From contig OZ219926.1 of assembly GCA_964291405.2 (NCBI GenBank), positions 2,880,001 through 2,944,000 of the forward strand: 64,000 nucleotides of DNA, in the 5' to 3' direction. A program made the translations under genes and the position numbers. Under the pieces are notes generated by a model. The model searched no databases. It saw nothing but the letters and a program-made list of their open reading frames with translations, and had not been told where the DNA came from. How positions within the stretch are numbered: the stretch's first letter is position 1; the number at the start of each line of letters is the position of its first letter. Positions 29,466 to 40,429 of the stretch are shown piece by piece. The DNA comes from Thermodesulfobacteriota bacterium. GTDB lineage: Bacteria > Desulfobacterota > Binatia > Bin18.

Positions 29466-31589
29466 ATGAACGTCAAACGCGCCTTGATTCTGACCCCCCT
29501 GATACTGCTTGTGCTCTTGTTGCAGTCGTACTTCTGGGTGCCGAGCTATGAAAAGCAGTCGGTGGGCAATCCGGCCCGGCTGCGCACCTATATCGAGGGG
29601 TCTATTGCCGACGCCAAGATTCTGAATCCCATTCTGAACGCGGATGGGGCGAGCAGCCGCATTACGGATTTCGTCTTCGACGGCCTGCTCGATATGGACG
29701 AAAACCTGAACCTGCGCGGCCGGCTGGCGACTGACTGGTCGATTACCGAAAAAGCCTACCTGCTTGCCCGGCCCGAGATGACCCTGCCGGACGGGAGCCC
29801 TGCGACTGGGGAGCGGCTGATTGAGGTCCTCTCCCAGGCGCAGGCGAACGGCAGCCTGCCCGAACTGGACGGCCTGCTCCTCTCTTTCCAACTCCTGCCT
29901 GCCGAGGAAAAAAACGAGACGCTCACCCTTGTGGAACCGGACGCCCAGGGAAACCCGTCTCCAACCCCGGTTGAGGTGACGATTCGGACTCCGCAGCGGG
30001 TCGAGTTCATCCTCAGCAGGGTGGACCAGGACTTCTTTACGCGCCTGACCCCGCTCCTGGGTGCAGCCTATTTCCAGGATTTCCCCTACGCCGATCACAT
30101 CACGCTTGCCGATGCCGCCCTGCGCGAGAAAGTGCAGCCGCAGTTTCCGGCATTATTGCCCGTGGCGGAGCATAACCCGATCATTTTGTTTCATTTGCGA
30201 CAGGACGCCCGCTTTCATGACGGCCATCCGTTCGACGCCGGCGATGTCAAGTTCACGTATGAAGCCATTATGAACCCGCGCAATATCTCACCCCGGACCT
30301 CGGACTATGAGCCGATTAAACGGATTGACATTCTCGATCCCCATACGGTCCAAGTCACCTATAAGCGCCTGTATTCGCCGGCCATTAACGCCTGGATGAT
30401 GGGAATTCTGCCCGAGCATTTGCTGAATGAGGCGGCAATGGAAAAAGAAATGGCCGAGCGCGGGCTGTCGGACGCGGCACGCGCCAGTTTTGGAATGCGC
30501 GACAGCCAGTTTAACCGTCAGCCGCTCGGGACCGGTCCCTTCCGGTTTGTCGAGTGGCAGGGAGATGAGTTTATCCATCTCGTTCGTAACGAAGATTACT
30601 GGGAGCGTGCCCCCGAGTACGAACACTATTATTTCCGCGTCATCCCCGAGCTGCTGACCCAAGAGGTTGAATTCAAGAGTGGCGCCATCGACGCCTACGG
30701 CGTGCAGCCGCACCAGGTGGCCCGATACAAACACGAGGAAGCGTATCAGTCGTTTTCCAGCCTGGGCTTTGGCTATTCCTATATCGGCTATAATAATCGC
30801 AACCCCTTATTTGCCGATAAGCGGGTGCGGCGCGCCCTGGGCATGGCCATTAATGTCGATGAGATCATTACCTATCTGCTGTACGGAGAAGGCGAGCAGA
30901 TCACCGGGCCCTACCCGCGTCAGACCGAGTGGTATAACCCGACGATTCCTCCCATCCCGTATGACCCGGAGGGCGCGCAACGCCTGCTCGAAGAAGTGGG
31001 CTGGCAACGCAATAGCGAGGGCTGGCTGGAGAAAGACGGGCAGGTGTTTGAATTCAATCTCATCACCAACAACGGTAACCTGATCCGTGCCAATATCATG
31101 ACCATCGCTCAGGACGCCTGGAAAAATATCGGGGTCAAATGCAATACCCAGGTCTTTGAGTGGGCGGTTTTCCTCAAGGACTTCGTCAATACCGGCTCGT
31201 TTGACGCGGTTGTCCTGGGCTGGAGTATGGGCATCGATCCCGACCTGTATCAAATTTTTCACTCCAGTCAGGCCGGGCCCCAGCAGTTGAATTTTGTCGG
31301 CTATACCAGCGCAGAGGCAGACGCGCTGATCGTCCGTATCCGCCAGGAGTATGACCTCGACCAACAGCGCGCCCTGTCCCATCGCCTGCACCAGGTGATT
31401 GCCGAAGACCAACCCTACACCTTTCTGTACGTCGGGCTGGCAACTCGCGTCCTGGACAAAAAAATTGTCCTGGTCGAAAGAGCGACCGACGGTCGTGAGC
31501 GCTATGAAAAAATCTACCCCACCAAAAGCGGCAGCATTGCCTTTTATTTCAACAAGTGGCGTAAACTCGAATTTACGCCCGACTTTTAA
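29466..31589 (+). CDS. ABC peptide/nickel transporter substrate-binding protein (family 5) with an internal insertion
   Basis: LNPIL, FDGLL, LATDW, FHDGHPFDAGDVKFT, GTGPFRF. Confidence 0.9.
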   Translation: MNVKRALILTPLILLVLLLQSYFWVPSYEKQSVGNPARLRTYIEGSIADAKILNPILNADGASSRITDFVFDGLLDMDENLNLRGRLATDWSITEKAYLLARPEMTLPDGSPATGERLIEVLSQAQANGSLPELDGLLLSFQLLPAEEKNETLTLVEPDAQGNPSPTPVEVTIRTPQRVEFILSRVDQDFFTRLTPLLGAAYFQDFPYADHITLADAALREKVQPQFPALLPVAEHNPIILFHLRQDARFHDGHPFDAGDVKFTYEAIMNPRNISPRTSDYEPIKRIDILDPHTVQVTYKRLYSPAINAWMMGILPEHLLNEAAMEKEMAERGLSDAARASFGMRDSQFNRQPLGTGPFRFVEWQGDEFIHLVRNEDYWERAPEYEHYYFRVIPELLTQEVEFKSGAIDAYGVQPHQVARYKHEEAYQSFSSLGFGYSYIGYNNRNPLFADKRVRRALGMAINVDEIITYLLYGEGEQITGPYPRQTEWYNPTIPPIPYDPEGAQRLLEEVGWQRNSEGWLEKDGQVFEFNLITNNGNLIRANIMTIAQDAWKNIGVKCNTQVFEWAVFLKDFVNTGSFDAVVLGWSMGIDPDLYQIFHSSQAGPQQLNFVGYTSAEADALIVRIRQEYDLDQQRALSHRLHQVIAEDQPYTFLYVGLATRVLDKKIVLVERATDGRERYEKIYPTKSGSIAFYFNKWRKLEFTPDF

Positions 31590-31609
31590 GACAGACGGCT
31601 GAGACAACC

Positions 31610-32572
31610 ATGTGGGTTTTTCTGTTGCGTGCCATTCTCCAACGCCTGGTTCTGCTGGTCGTCATTTCGATGATCGCCTTCTCGATCGTCCATCTCGCGC
31701 CCGGTGAACCCAGCGAGGTCGATCCCGCCAACCCGCGCATGAAACCCGAGGACATCGCACGCATTCGTGCCGCCTTCCATTTGGACGAACCCCTGTCCGT
31801 GCAGTACGTTTACTGGCTGCGCGACCTGGCAACCGGCGAGCTGAAATCATTTAAGGACAGCCAGCCGGTGCTGCCAAAAATCTGGCGCCGGTTTCTCAAC
31901 TCCCTGCCGCTCTTCATTTGTGCCACGCTGATTGTGTGGAGCCTGTCCTTTCCGACCGGCATTCAGGCCGCCATCCAGCGCGGCTCTCCATTTGATCGCA
32001 CCACGACCTTTGTGGCCTACGCCTTCATATCCATCCCCGGCTTCTTTCTGTCCTACCTTGCCATTCAATGGGTCGTGGAGCTCTTCAACGTCCCCATCAT
32101 CGGCATGCGCACCTTTGGTATGGAAAACGCGCAGCCGGTCTTTCGCTGGATGGACCGGTTATGGCATCTGGTCGTGCCGTCCGTGATGTCGGCGATTGCC
32201 GGCATTGCCATTCTGTCCCGCTACGTCCGGTCTCAGATGCTCGAAGTGGTGCGCCAGGACTATGTGCGCACCGCGCGGGCCAAGGGGTTGCCCGAAGAAA
32301 GTGTGATCTACCGCCACGCCTTGCGTAACGCCCTGCTGCCGTTTGTGACGATGTTCGGCTTTTTGTTGCCGGGCCTGATCGGCGGCTCGGTGATCTTTGA
32401 GCAGATCTTTGCCTGGCCGGGACTCGGGCGACTGGGCTATGAAGCGATTCTCGCCCGGGATTTTCCCGTTATCCTGACGATTAACTTTATTGCCGCCACG
32501 CTGACACTGGCCGGTACCCTCGTCTCGGACATCCTCTACGCCGTGGTTGATCCACGTATCCGGTTGCAATGA
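31610..32572 (+). CDS. Opp/Dpp ABC permease B
   Basis: DYVRTARAKGL, HALRNALLP, DPRIR. Confidence 0.93.
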   Translation: MWVFLLRAILQRLVLLVVISMIAFSIVHLAPGEPSEVDPANPRMKPEDIARIRAAFHLDEPLSVQYVYWLRDLATGELKSFKDSQPVLPKIWRRFLNSLPLFICATLIVWSLSFPTGIQAAIQRGSPFDRTTTFVAYAFISIPGFFLSYLAIQWVVELFNVPIIGMRTFGMENAQPVFRWMDRLWHLVVPSVMSAIAGIAILSRYVRSQMLEVVRQDYVRTARAKGLPEESVIYRHALRNALLPFVTMFGFLLPGLIGGSVIFEQIFAWPGLGRLGYEAILARDFPVILTINFIAATLTLAGTLVSDILYAVVDPRIRLQ

Positions 32573-32583
32573 GCGAGGAAACA

Positions 32584-32695
32584 GGGGTTAGGGACTAGGG
32601 ATTTGGGGTTAGGGACTAGGGATTAGAGGAACGGAAAGAGTTCATGGCAACTGCTCGCACTACCCAACCCCCAACCCCCAACCCCCAACCCCCCC
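32584..32695. repeat. Heptamer tandem repeats: G-rich arm and C-rich arm around a start codon; similar unit at 34617-34694
   Basis: GGGGTTA/GGGACTA repeats then (CCCCAAC)n. Confidence 0.8.
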
Positions 32696-33642
32696 TGGGG
32701 GAGGCGGAGCTGCCGAAGCCCGAAACTCCGCTGCAGGAAGCCTGGCGCATCTTCCAGAAAGATCGGCTCGCCCTCAGCGGCCTGGTCGTACTTGTCCTGC
32801 TGGTCGCGATGGCCGCCGCCGGGAAAGTGTTGACCGAGTGGGTGGTTGTTTTCGATCCGGCCACCGTTCGCTTGCCGGATAAATTCCTGCCGCCTTTCTC
32901 CTCTGTCTCCCAAGCCCTCATTCCGGCTGCCCAGCATCCGCTCGGCGGGGTCTATCTGCTCGGGACGGACGAGCTGGGCCGGGACGTGTTTGCACGCATG
33001 TTGCAGGGCTCGTTTGTGTCCTTATCGATCGGCTTTATTGCGGTCGGCATCTCGGTCACGATCGGCATTATTCTCGGCGGCCTGTCCGGTTTCTACGGCA
33101 ACGTCAAGCTCGGCCTGATCTCGGTCGATACGCTCATCATGCGTTTTACCGACATCATGCTGTGCTTTCCGACGTTTTTTCTGATTCTGACCGTCGTGGC
33201 CCTCCTCCCGCCGAGCATTTACAACATCATGATCGTGATTGGTCTGACCAGTTGGATGGCGACGGCGCGTTTTGTGCGGGCCGAGTTTCTCGCCCTGCGG
33301 GAACAGGACTTTGTGGTGGCCGCCCAGGCCCTGGGCTTACCCGAGAGCCGGATCATCTTTCGGCATATGGTCCCGAACGCCATCGCCCCGGTACTGGTCT
33401 CGGCCACTATCGGCGTGGCCGGTGCCATTCTGACCGAGTCGGGTCTCAGCTTTCTCGGGTTTGGGGTGCAGCCGCCGTATGCGACCTGGGGCAATATCCT
33501 GTCCAGCGGCCGCGGATTTATCTTCGATGCGCCGTGGTTGTTCTTTATTCCCGGCCTCGCCATTTTTCTCGTGGTTCTGGCGTTTAATCTGGTTGGCGAA
33601 GGACTGCGCGAGGCCCTCAACCCGCGCCTGCGGAACCGCTGA
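32644..33642 (+). CDS. Opp/Dpp ABC permease C
   Basis: LGTDELGRD, ESGLSFLGFG, GEGLREALNPR. Confidence 0.93.
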   Translation: MATARTTQPPTPNPQPPLGEAELPKPETPLQEAWRIFQKDRLALSGLVVLVLLVAMAAAGKVLTEWVVVFDPATVRLPDKFLPPFSSVSQALIPAAQHPLGGVYLLGTDELGRDVFARMLQGSFVSLSIGFIAVGISVTIGIILGGLSGFYGNVKLGLISVDTLIMRFTDIMLCFPTFFLILTVVALLPPSIYNIMIVIGLTSWMATARFVRAEFLALREQDFVVAAQALGLPESRIIFRHMVPNAIAPVLVSATIGVAGAILTESGLSFLGFGVQPPYATWGNILSSGRGFIFDAPWLFFIPGLAIFLVVLAFNLVGEGLREALNPRLRNR

Positions 33643-33647
33643 ACGCC

Positions 33648-34632
33648 ATGGCCCAGCCACACTCTCACTATTTCCGATCTGCACGTCTCATTCTTCACCG
33701 AGCACGGCGAAGTCCGGGCGGTCCGGGGAATCGACCTTGAGATTCAGCCGGGCCAGACTCTGGCGCTTGTCGGTGAGTCGGGTTGTGGCAAATCGGCTAC
33801 GGCCTTGTCGATTATGCGCCTGATCGAATCTCCGGGGCGGATCGTCAGCGGCTCCCTGATGTACAACGGCCGTGACCTGGCGCAGTTATCCGAGGCAGAG
33901 CTGCGCTCCATCCGGGGAAAGTCCATCGGTATGATCTTCCAGGAGCCGATGACCTCGCTGAATCCGGTTTTCACTATCGGTCATCAGATCGGCGAGGTGT
34001 TTCGACTTCATCAGGGACTGTCGGTACGCGAGGCCAACCAGGAAGCCGGGCGCTTACTGGAAACCGTTGGGATTCCTTCTCCGCGGCAACGACTCGAACA
34101 CTATCCGCACGAGCTGTCCGGTGGAATGAAACAGCGGGTGATGATCGCCATGGCGCTGGCCTGTCGTCCGGACTTGCTCATTGCCGACGAACCGACCACT
34201 GCTCTGGATGTCACGGTTCAGGCGCAGATTCTCGATTTGCTCACCCGGCTCCAGGACGAGCTGGGTATGGCCATTCTGCTGATCACGCATAACCTCGGGG
34301 TGGTGGCGCAGTTCGCCCAGGATGTGGCGGTCATGTACGCGGGAAAAATTATCGAACGCGCCCAGGTTCGTCCGCTGTTTCACAACCCGCTGCACCCCTA
34401 CACCCAGGCGCTGCTCCACGCCGTGCCGCGTCGAGGTCACCGCTCCGAACGTCTGGCCGCGATCACCGGCAGTGTGCCTTCGCCTTTACAGTACCCGCCG
34501 GGTTGCGCCTTTGCCGCCCGCTGTCCGGCAAGGCTCGATGACTGCCCGACCAAACAGCCTTCGCTGGGCGTGATAGAGCCCGGTCACGAGGCCGCGTGCT
34601 GGTTGCATGAGGAGATAGGGGTTGGGGATTAG
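33648..34632 (+). CDS. Opp/Dpp ABC ATPase D; apparent one-base frameshift near 33660
   Basis: ATG 33648 is out of frame with [33 protein letters not shown]. Confidence 0.85.
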
Positions 34633-34657
34633 AAATCGGAGAAACGGAAAGAGCGCC

Positions 34658-35674
34658 ATGCCAACGGACAACACTCCCCAACCCCCAACCCCCCTCGTGG
34701 AACTCCGTAATCTCAAGAAATACTTTCCGGTCCGCAGCGGAGTCTTCTCGCGGGTCTCGGCCTGGGTCAAGGCGGTGGATGAGGTATCGTTTACCATTCA
34801 GCCCCGAGAAACGTTTGGTCTGGTCGGCGAGTCGGGCTGCGGCAAAACGACAGTCGGCCGGACGCTCCTGCGACTCATCGAACCCACCGGTGGTGAGGTG
34901 TTTTTCCAAGGTCAGGACTTCTGCCGGTTTTCTGGCGTACAGGTGCGTCAGGCCCGGCAACAGATGCAGATGATCTTCCAGGACCCGTACAGCTCGCTGA
35001 ATCCGCGTATGACGGTCGGCGCGATTATCGGCGAGGCGCTCAAGGTTCACGGTCTGGCGCAGGGAGAGGCGTTGGACCGTCAGGTCGGCGCGCTGTTGGA
35101 GCGGGTCGGCCTGTCAGCAACATATCGGTCCCGCTATCCGCACGAATTTTCAGGCGGACAGCGGCAACGCATCGGCATTGCGCGCGCGTTGGCCCTGGAG
35201 CCGCAGTTTATCGTGTGTGACGAGCCGGTCTCGGCGCTGGACGTTTCCATTCAGGCCCAGATTCTGAACCTGCTCCAGGACCTGCAAAACGATCTGGGAC
35301 TCTCGTATTTATTTATTTCCCACGACCTGAACGTAGTCGAATATATCGCCGACCGTGTGGCCGTGATGTACCTTGGCAAGCTGGTCGAGGTCGCTCCGGT
35401 CGACGAACTCTTTCGCAACCCCCAGCACCCGTACACCCTGGCGCTTATGTCGGCCAATCCCGTCCCCGACCCGACGGTCCAAACCCAACGGACCGTCCTG
35501 ACCGGCGATGTACCTTCTCCCCTGAATCCGCCATCAGGCTGCGCCTTTCACACCCGCTGTCCTCAGGCCCTGGAGCGCTGCAAGACTACACCGCCGCCGC
35601 TCGTCCGCAGCGGGCAGGGGACGGCTGAGCATAGCGTCTGGTGCCATTTATACGGGGAGGGAGCGACCGAGTAG
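34658..35674 (+). CDS. Opp/Dpp ABC ATPase F
   Basis: [32 protein letters not shown]. Confidence 0.93.
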   Translation: MPTDNTPQPPTPLVELRNLKKYFPVRSGVFSRVSAWVKAVDEVSFTIQPRETFGLVGESGCGKTTVGRTLLRLIEPTGGEVFFQGQDFCRFSGVQVRQARQQMQMIFQDPYSSLNPRMTVGAIIGEALKVHGLAQGEALDRQVGALLERVGLSATYRSRYPHEFSGGQRQRIGIARALALEPQFIVCDEPVSALDVSIQAQILNLLQDLQNDLGLSYLFISHDLNVVEYIADRVAVMYLGKLVEVAPVDELFRNPQHPYTLALMSANPVPDPTVQTQRTVLTGDVPSPLNPPSGCAFHTRCPQALERCKTTPPPLVRSGQGTAEHSVWCHLYGEGATE

Positions 35675-35679
35675 GGTGG

Positions 35680-36300
35680 CTACTTGCCTTTCTTATCCCC
35701 TTCCTCGTCGCCATCTTTCTTGCGACTGGAAATGACCTCGTCAATCACGCCGTAATCCAATGCCTGCTTGGAGGTCATGAACATATCCCGGTCTGTATCT
35801 TTTTCAATTTTCTTCATGGTCTGACCGGTATGCTTCATCAGAATGTTGTTGAGCTCTTCCCGGATGCGCAGCACTTCTCTGGCATGGATGTCGATGTCGG
35901 CCGCCTGTCCCTGCACGCCGCCGAGCGGTTGGTGCAACATGATCCGGGAATGCGGCAGGGCAAACCGTTTCCCCGGTGCTCCGGCGGTCAGGAGTACCGC
36001 GCCCATACTGGCCGCCTGGCCGACACACATGGTAGACACGTCGGGGGTGACGTATTGCATGGTGTCGTAGATAGCCAGCCCGGCCGTCACCGAGCCGCCC
36101 GGCGAGTTCACATACAGGTGAATATCCTGCTCGGGGTCTTCGGATTCGAGGAAAAGGAGTTGGGCCGCAATCACATCGGCAACCGCATCGTTGACCTCGG
36201 AGCCAAGAAAAATAATCCGGTCTTTCAGCAAGCGGGAATAAATATCATAGGTCCGTTCACCCCGACCGGTCTGCTCGATCACGTATGGTACATAGTTCAT
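35680..36300 (-). CDS. clpP: ATP-dependent Clp protease proteolytic subunit
   Basis: [27 protein letters not shown]. Confidence 0.97.
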   Translation of the reverse strand: MNYVPYVIEQTGRGERTYDIYSRLLKDRIIFLGSEVNDAVADVIAAQLLFLESEDPEQDIHLYVNSPGGSVTAGLAIYDTMQYVTPDVSTMCVGQAASMGAVLLTAGAPGKRFALPHSRIMLHQPLGGVQGQAADIDIHAREVLRIREELNNILMKHTGQTMKKIEKDTDRDMFMTSKQALDYGVIDEVISSRKKDGDEEGDKKGK

Positions 36301-36387
36301 GATAGACGCATCCTAATCATTTATAGGTGTCAGAGCAACTTCCCTGTCATTAGCAAAGCAGATGATCGAAGATTACAGGAAACGTCA

Positions 36388-36564
36388 ATGAAGGAGGCAT
36401 TTGACAAGATTATAGGCAGGCTGAAGGATGCCCGTGCCTACTTGAACGGCAAGCACGACGGTTTTGTGGTGCCTGAAGTCAAAGTGCCAGAGCCTGACAT
36501 GGCCACCATTTGGGCCACATGCAGGTGCAGACGACCGCGCGCTGTATGGACGACGGACAATTAG
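36388..36564 (+). pseudogene. N-terminal remnant of an HTH antitoxin, preceded by a toxin-like tail
   Basis: MKEAFDKIIGRLKDARAYLNG..EVKVPEPD; ATGA overlap with ..QMIEDYRKRQ*. Confidence 0.5.
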
Positions 36565-36670
36565 GTCTACCCATTCAGCACTTTAATAAAAAATACGATT
36601 TAAACGAAACTCTCTTGATATTTTTCACTATAATATATATTTTCATCGTGTAATGAAAGTTGGATAAACA

Positions 36671-37765
36671 GTGAAAGAAATAGAAATCATGGTGGTGGAC
36701 GCTGTCCGCGACTTGCTCGGCCTTGTGCCGAACATAGACATCAGCGAGGTTCGCCAAGAGCAGATTCTGGCGTCCGACTACAGTATTTACCAGATTGATG
36801 AGTGGATTGCTTTTAGCCATGGCGGTATAAATTATGCGCTCGTCATAGAGATCAAAGCAAATGGGTCACCGCGCTTTGCCCGATCTGCCGTCTATCAACT
36901 CGAGAGCTTTATGGCGCGTTTGCATCGATCCGATCTCCAGGACGTCACCCGGCAGTTCATCCCAATGCTGGTCAGTTCTTACCTGTCTCCGGAGTCGCGG
37001 TCGATCTGCACCGATCACAATGTCGCTTATCTCGATCTTGTCGGTAACGCGCGCCTCTCTTTCGACAACGTCTATATAGATCGATCCGTCGCAGACAGAC
37101 CAAAGTCCGAAACCCGTGCTCTGCGGTCAATATTCACCCCGAAGGCAGCCGCTATCTTGCGGGTTCTCCTGCGAGATCCAGACCGGGCATGGCGTGTCAC
37201 CGACTTGGCCGAAGCAGCCAATGCGAGCCTCGGCCACGTGAGCAACGTTCGCAAAGCCCTGCTCGCACGGGAATGGATCGAAAAACAGCACGACGGCGTC
37301 GTCCTTGTCCAGCCGAATGCGCTATTGAAGACATGGCGCGAGAACTACCGCCAGCCGGCTGGTCAACGCATCAGCGGATATACGCATCTCCACGGGGAAC
37401 AACTCGGCAAGCGGTTGTCGGGAAAACTAAATCCACACCCACAGCATCCCCGCGCAATCTACTCGTCAAATTCGGCCGCTCAATGGCTTGCGCCTTTTGC
37501 CCGGAGCGGCACACATAGTTTCTACGGCGACGAACCCGGCGTTCGCATGCTGAAAGAGACGTTGAAGCTGACTCACACCGCAAAGGGGGCGAATGTCATC
37601 CTGCGTATCCCGAATGATGAGAGTCTGTTCGAAGACGCCGTTCAGCCGGTACCGGGCATTTTCTGCACCAGTCCGATCATTACCTACCTCGATCTGTGGA
37701 ACGGCAACGATAGAGACCGTGAGGCCGCCGACCATATAGCCACAAAGTGCTTTCCATGGTTATGA
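36671..37765 (+). CDS. AbiEi-like (type IV TA) antitoxin/regulator with central wHTH
   Basis: LAEAANASLGHVSNVRK HTH, ANVIL, SPIITYLDL..RDREAA. Confidence 0.7.
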   Translation: MKEIEIMVVDAVRDLLGLVPNIDISEVRQEQILASDYSIYQIDEWIAFSHGGINYALVIEIKANGSPRFARSAVYQLESFMARLHRSDLQDVTRQFIPMLVSSYLSPESRSICTDHNVAYLDLVGNARLSFDNVYIDRSVADRPKSETRALRSIFTPKAAAILRVLLRDPDRAWRVTDLAEAANASLGHVSNVRKALLAREWIEKQHDGVVLVQPNALLKTWRENYRQPAGQRISGYTHLHGEQLGKRLSGKLNPHPQHPRAIYSSNSAAQWLAPFARSGTHSFYGDEPGVRMLKETLKLTHTAKGANVILRIPNDESLFEDAVQPVPGIFCTSPIITYLDLWNGNDRDREAADHIATKCFPWL

Positions 37766-38613
37766 GAGAACCTCAATCCGCCGCTGACTACGATGACCGA
37801 ACGACAACGGCGGTTAAATCCGTATTAATCGAGATCGGCCAGATCCTTGGCAGCTTTGAAGGCAAGTTTGCGATCATCGGCGGCGCTGTTCCCTGGCTGT
37901 TGTTGAGCGAGGCTGACATGCCCCATATCGGCACTGGTGACGTGGACCTCAGTCTTGACGCGTCTGCCCTGGGTGACGGCGAATACGCTCGACTTGTCGA
38001 GGCCCTTCAGGAACATGGATACAATCAACGGAGCAATTTACAGCGCTTTCAGCTCGTTCGCACCGTGCCCGCCAGAGACGACGGGCTCGACATCGATGTC
38101 GTCGTCGACTTCCTGATGCCACGCGACGCTGAAATCACAAAAAATACTCCACCGCTTATCAGCCAGTTTGCCGTACAGCGTGCCGACGGCGCCGACCTGG
38201 CGCTCAGGTTCTATCAGATGGTCGCCATCGAAGGCGATATGCCCGATGGTGGCAGCAATCGCGTTCGTATCGCTGTGGCGTCTATTCCTGCTCTGTTGGC
38301 CATGAAAGGTTACGCCATCACCAATCGCCTGAAACGTAAGGACGCTTACGACATCTACTACAGCATCCGAAATTTTCCGGGTGGCGTCGACGATCTCGTC
38401 GACGCCACCCGGTCATTTCTTAACGTTGAAACGGCCAGGCAAGGCTACTGTCTGATCTCGGACAAATTCCGCAACGTTGATGATTTCGGACCGACCAGTG
38501 TCAGAATATTCGTGGAAGGTTCCGACGTACTTGGTGATCGCACAGCGGATCAGTGGCAGCAGGACGCCTTTGGACAGGTTGACGCTTGGCTCAGAGGGCT
38601 TGGCTTGAGGTAA
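37762..38613 (+). CDS. AbiEii-like nucleotidyltransferase toxin
   Basis: IIGGAVP..GTGDVD, MKG..R.KRKDAYDI; ATGA coupling to the upstream gene. Confidence 0.72.
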   Translation: MREPQSAADYDDRTTTAVKSVLIEIGQILGSFEGKFAIIGGAVPWLLLSEADMPHIGTGDVDLSLDASALGDGEYARLVEALQEHGYNQRSNLQRFQLVRTVPARDDGLDIDVVVDFLMPRDAEITKNTPPLISQFAVQRADGADLALRFYQMVAIEGDMPDGGSNRVRIAVASIPALLAMKGYAITNRLKRKDAYDIYYSIRNFPGGVDDLVDATRSFLNVETARQGYCLISDKFRNVDDFGPTSVRIFVEGSDVLGDRTADQWQQDAFGQVDAWLRGLGLR

Positions 38614-38734
38614 TCCCTGCAAAAGGCGTCAAATAGCAGGATACGTAGTATGGACATGCCGATCATCGACAGGGTGTTCGGTTATGGAAGGCGGCTTTGT
38701 GCTCAATTTTTCCGATAGGCCCTCTTCTTCTCCA

Positions 38735-39664
38735 TTACTGCCATTCTCTCGTTCTCACATAACGAATTGCTGCAAGGGCGGCTGTGGCGCCATCGCCGGC
38801 CGCGGACACGAGTTGCCGTGAGGAATCGCTGCGGACATCGCCGGCGGCCAGGACGCCGGGCGTGGCCGTCCGCATCCAGAGATCGGTCATAATCTGCCCC
38901 TTCGCATTGAGCGGAACCAGGTCTCCCAGAAATTGCGTATTGGCCGTCAGGCCAATGTAAAGAAAGACGCCAGCGACATCCAGACTGGAAGGCTGCCCCG
39001 TTGTCACGTCTTCGAGCTGTATCCGTTCGACACCGGTGTCACCTTCGATCGCCCGCACGACACTGTTCCAGCAAAAGGAGAGCTTGTCGTTTGCCTGTGC
39101 CCGCTCCTGTAAAAGCTGACAGGCGCGCAGCGTCGCGCGCCGATGAATGACCGTGACGTGCGAGGCGTATTGGGTGAGATGGAGTCCTTCGTCAATCGCG
39201 GCATCCCCTCCTCCCACAACAGCCACCGGCTGGTCCATAAAAAACGCGCCGTCACAGGCCGCGCAGTGCGAGACGCCTTTACCGACAAATTCTTCTTCAC
39301 CCGGAATGTCGAGCGCTGAAAAACTCGATCCGGTGGCGACGATCAGTGCTTTGGTGTGCAAGGTTCCGCTGTCCGTTTGCAGCACGAGTACTTCGCCGTC
39401 CCGCCGGACGGCGCTGACCTCCGTCAGTTGCATCTCAAGCCCGAGGCTGGTGGCCTGCTGTTGCAGCAGCGGCCCTAGGGTATAGCCGGCGACGCCATCC
39501 GGAAATCCCGGATAGTTCTCGATATGCTCACAGTTGAGCACCTGCCCGCCGGCAGAAAAACGTTCGAGCAGAAGCGCCCGACAGCGGTCACGCGCCGCGT
39601 ACAGGCCGGCCGTGAAGCCGGCCGCACCGCCGCCAATGATAATGATGTCGTAGGGCTGTGGCAT
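38735..39664 (-). CDS. trxB: Thioredoxin reductase
   Basis: IENYPGF, GVSHCAACDG, GGGDAA, AAGDV, AAGDG. Confidence 0.9.
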   Translation of the reverse strand: MPQPYDIIIIGGGAAGFTAGLYAARDRCRALLLERFSAGGQVLNCEHIENYPGFPDGVAGYTLGPLLQQQATSLGLEMQLTEVSAVRRDGEVLVLQTDSGTLHTKALIVATGSSFSALDIPGEEEFVGKGVSHCAACDGAFFMDQPVAVVGGGDAAIDEGLHLTQYASHVTVIHRRATLRACQLLQERAQANDKLSFCWNSVVRAIEGDTGVERIQLEDVTTGQPSSLDVAGVFLYIGLTANTQFLGDLVPLNAKGQIMTDLWMRTATPGVLAAGDVRSDSSRQLVSAAGDGATAALAAIRYVRTREWQ

Positions 39665-39747
39665 GGGTGTCTCCTCAAGTGTCGCGGTCAAAAAAGTGAC
39701 GGATATCATAGCTGAGCGCTTGGCGTTCAGCTATCTACTGAATATAA

Positions 39748-40031
<284 letters not shown>

Positions 40032-40032
<1 letters not shown>

Positions 40033-40406
40033 TGCGCTTTAAGGGTCGTTTTCGGCGTGCGATGGCGCATGCGTTTGCTACTGACCAGGCGGCACCATCA
40101 CTCTCTCCGCAGGACCTTCAGCTCCTGCAGAAAGTGGCCGACGCCATTGTGAGCCGGAGACTTGAGACGCCGGCGGTCCTCTTGCTAGAATCCAGCGAAC
40201 CGCTCAATTTTTTGAGCAGCCAGATCGTTCACGGGCTGCGGCCTTTTCTTGATCTGGTGTGTGCACCGACGGAAACGGAACGCTTGGCCGGCATACTGGA
40301 GCGGAGAGATGCCGTATCCCGGCTCGTTGGGCTTATTCACGCGGGGTCCACCCCGCCACGTTCAACCGGGAAATCCATCCCTCTGAAAACCGGGGTGTCA
40401 TCCTGA
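40032..40406 (+). CDS. Small hypothetical protein heading the membrane cluster
   Basis: KVADAIVSRRLETPAVLLLESSEPLNFLSSQ; begins MRFK. Confidence 0.65.
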
Positions 40407-40429
40407 CAACGCAGAACATCCCGGCCAGC

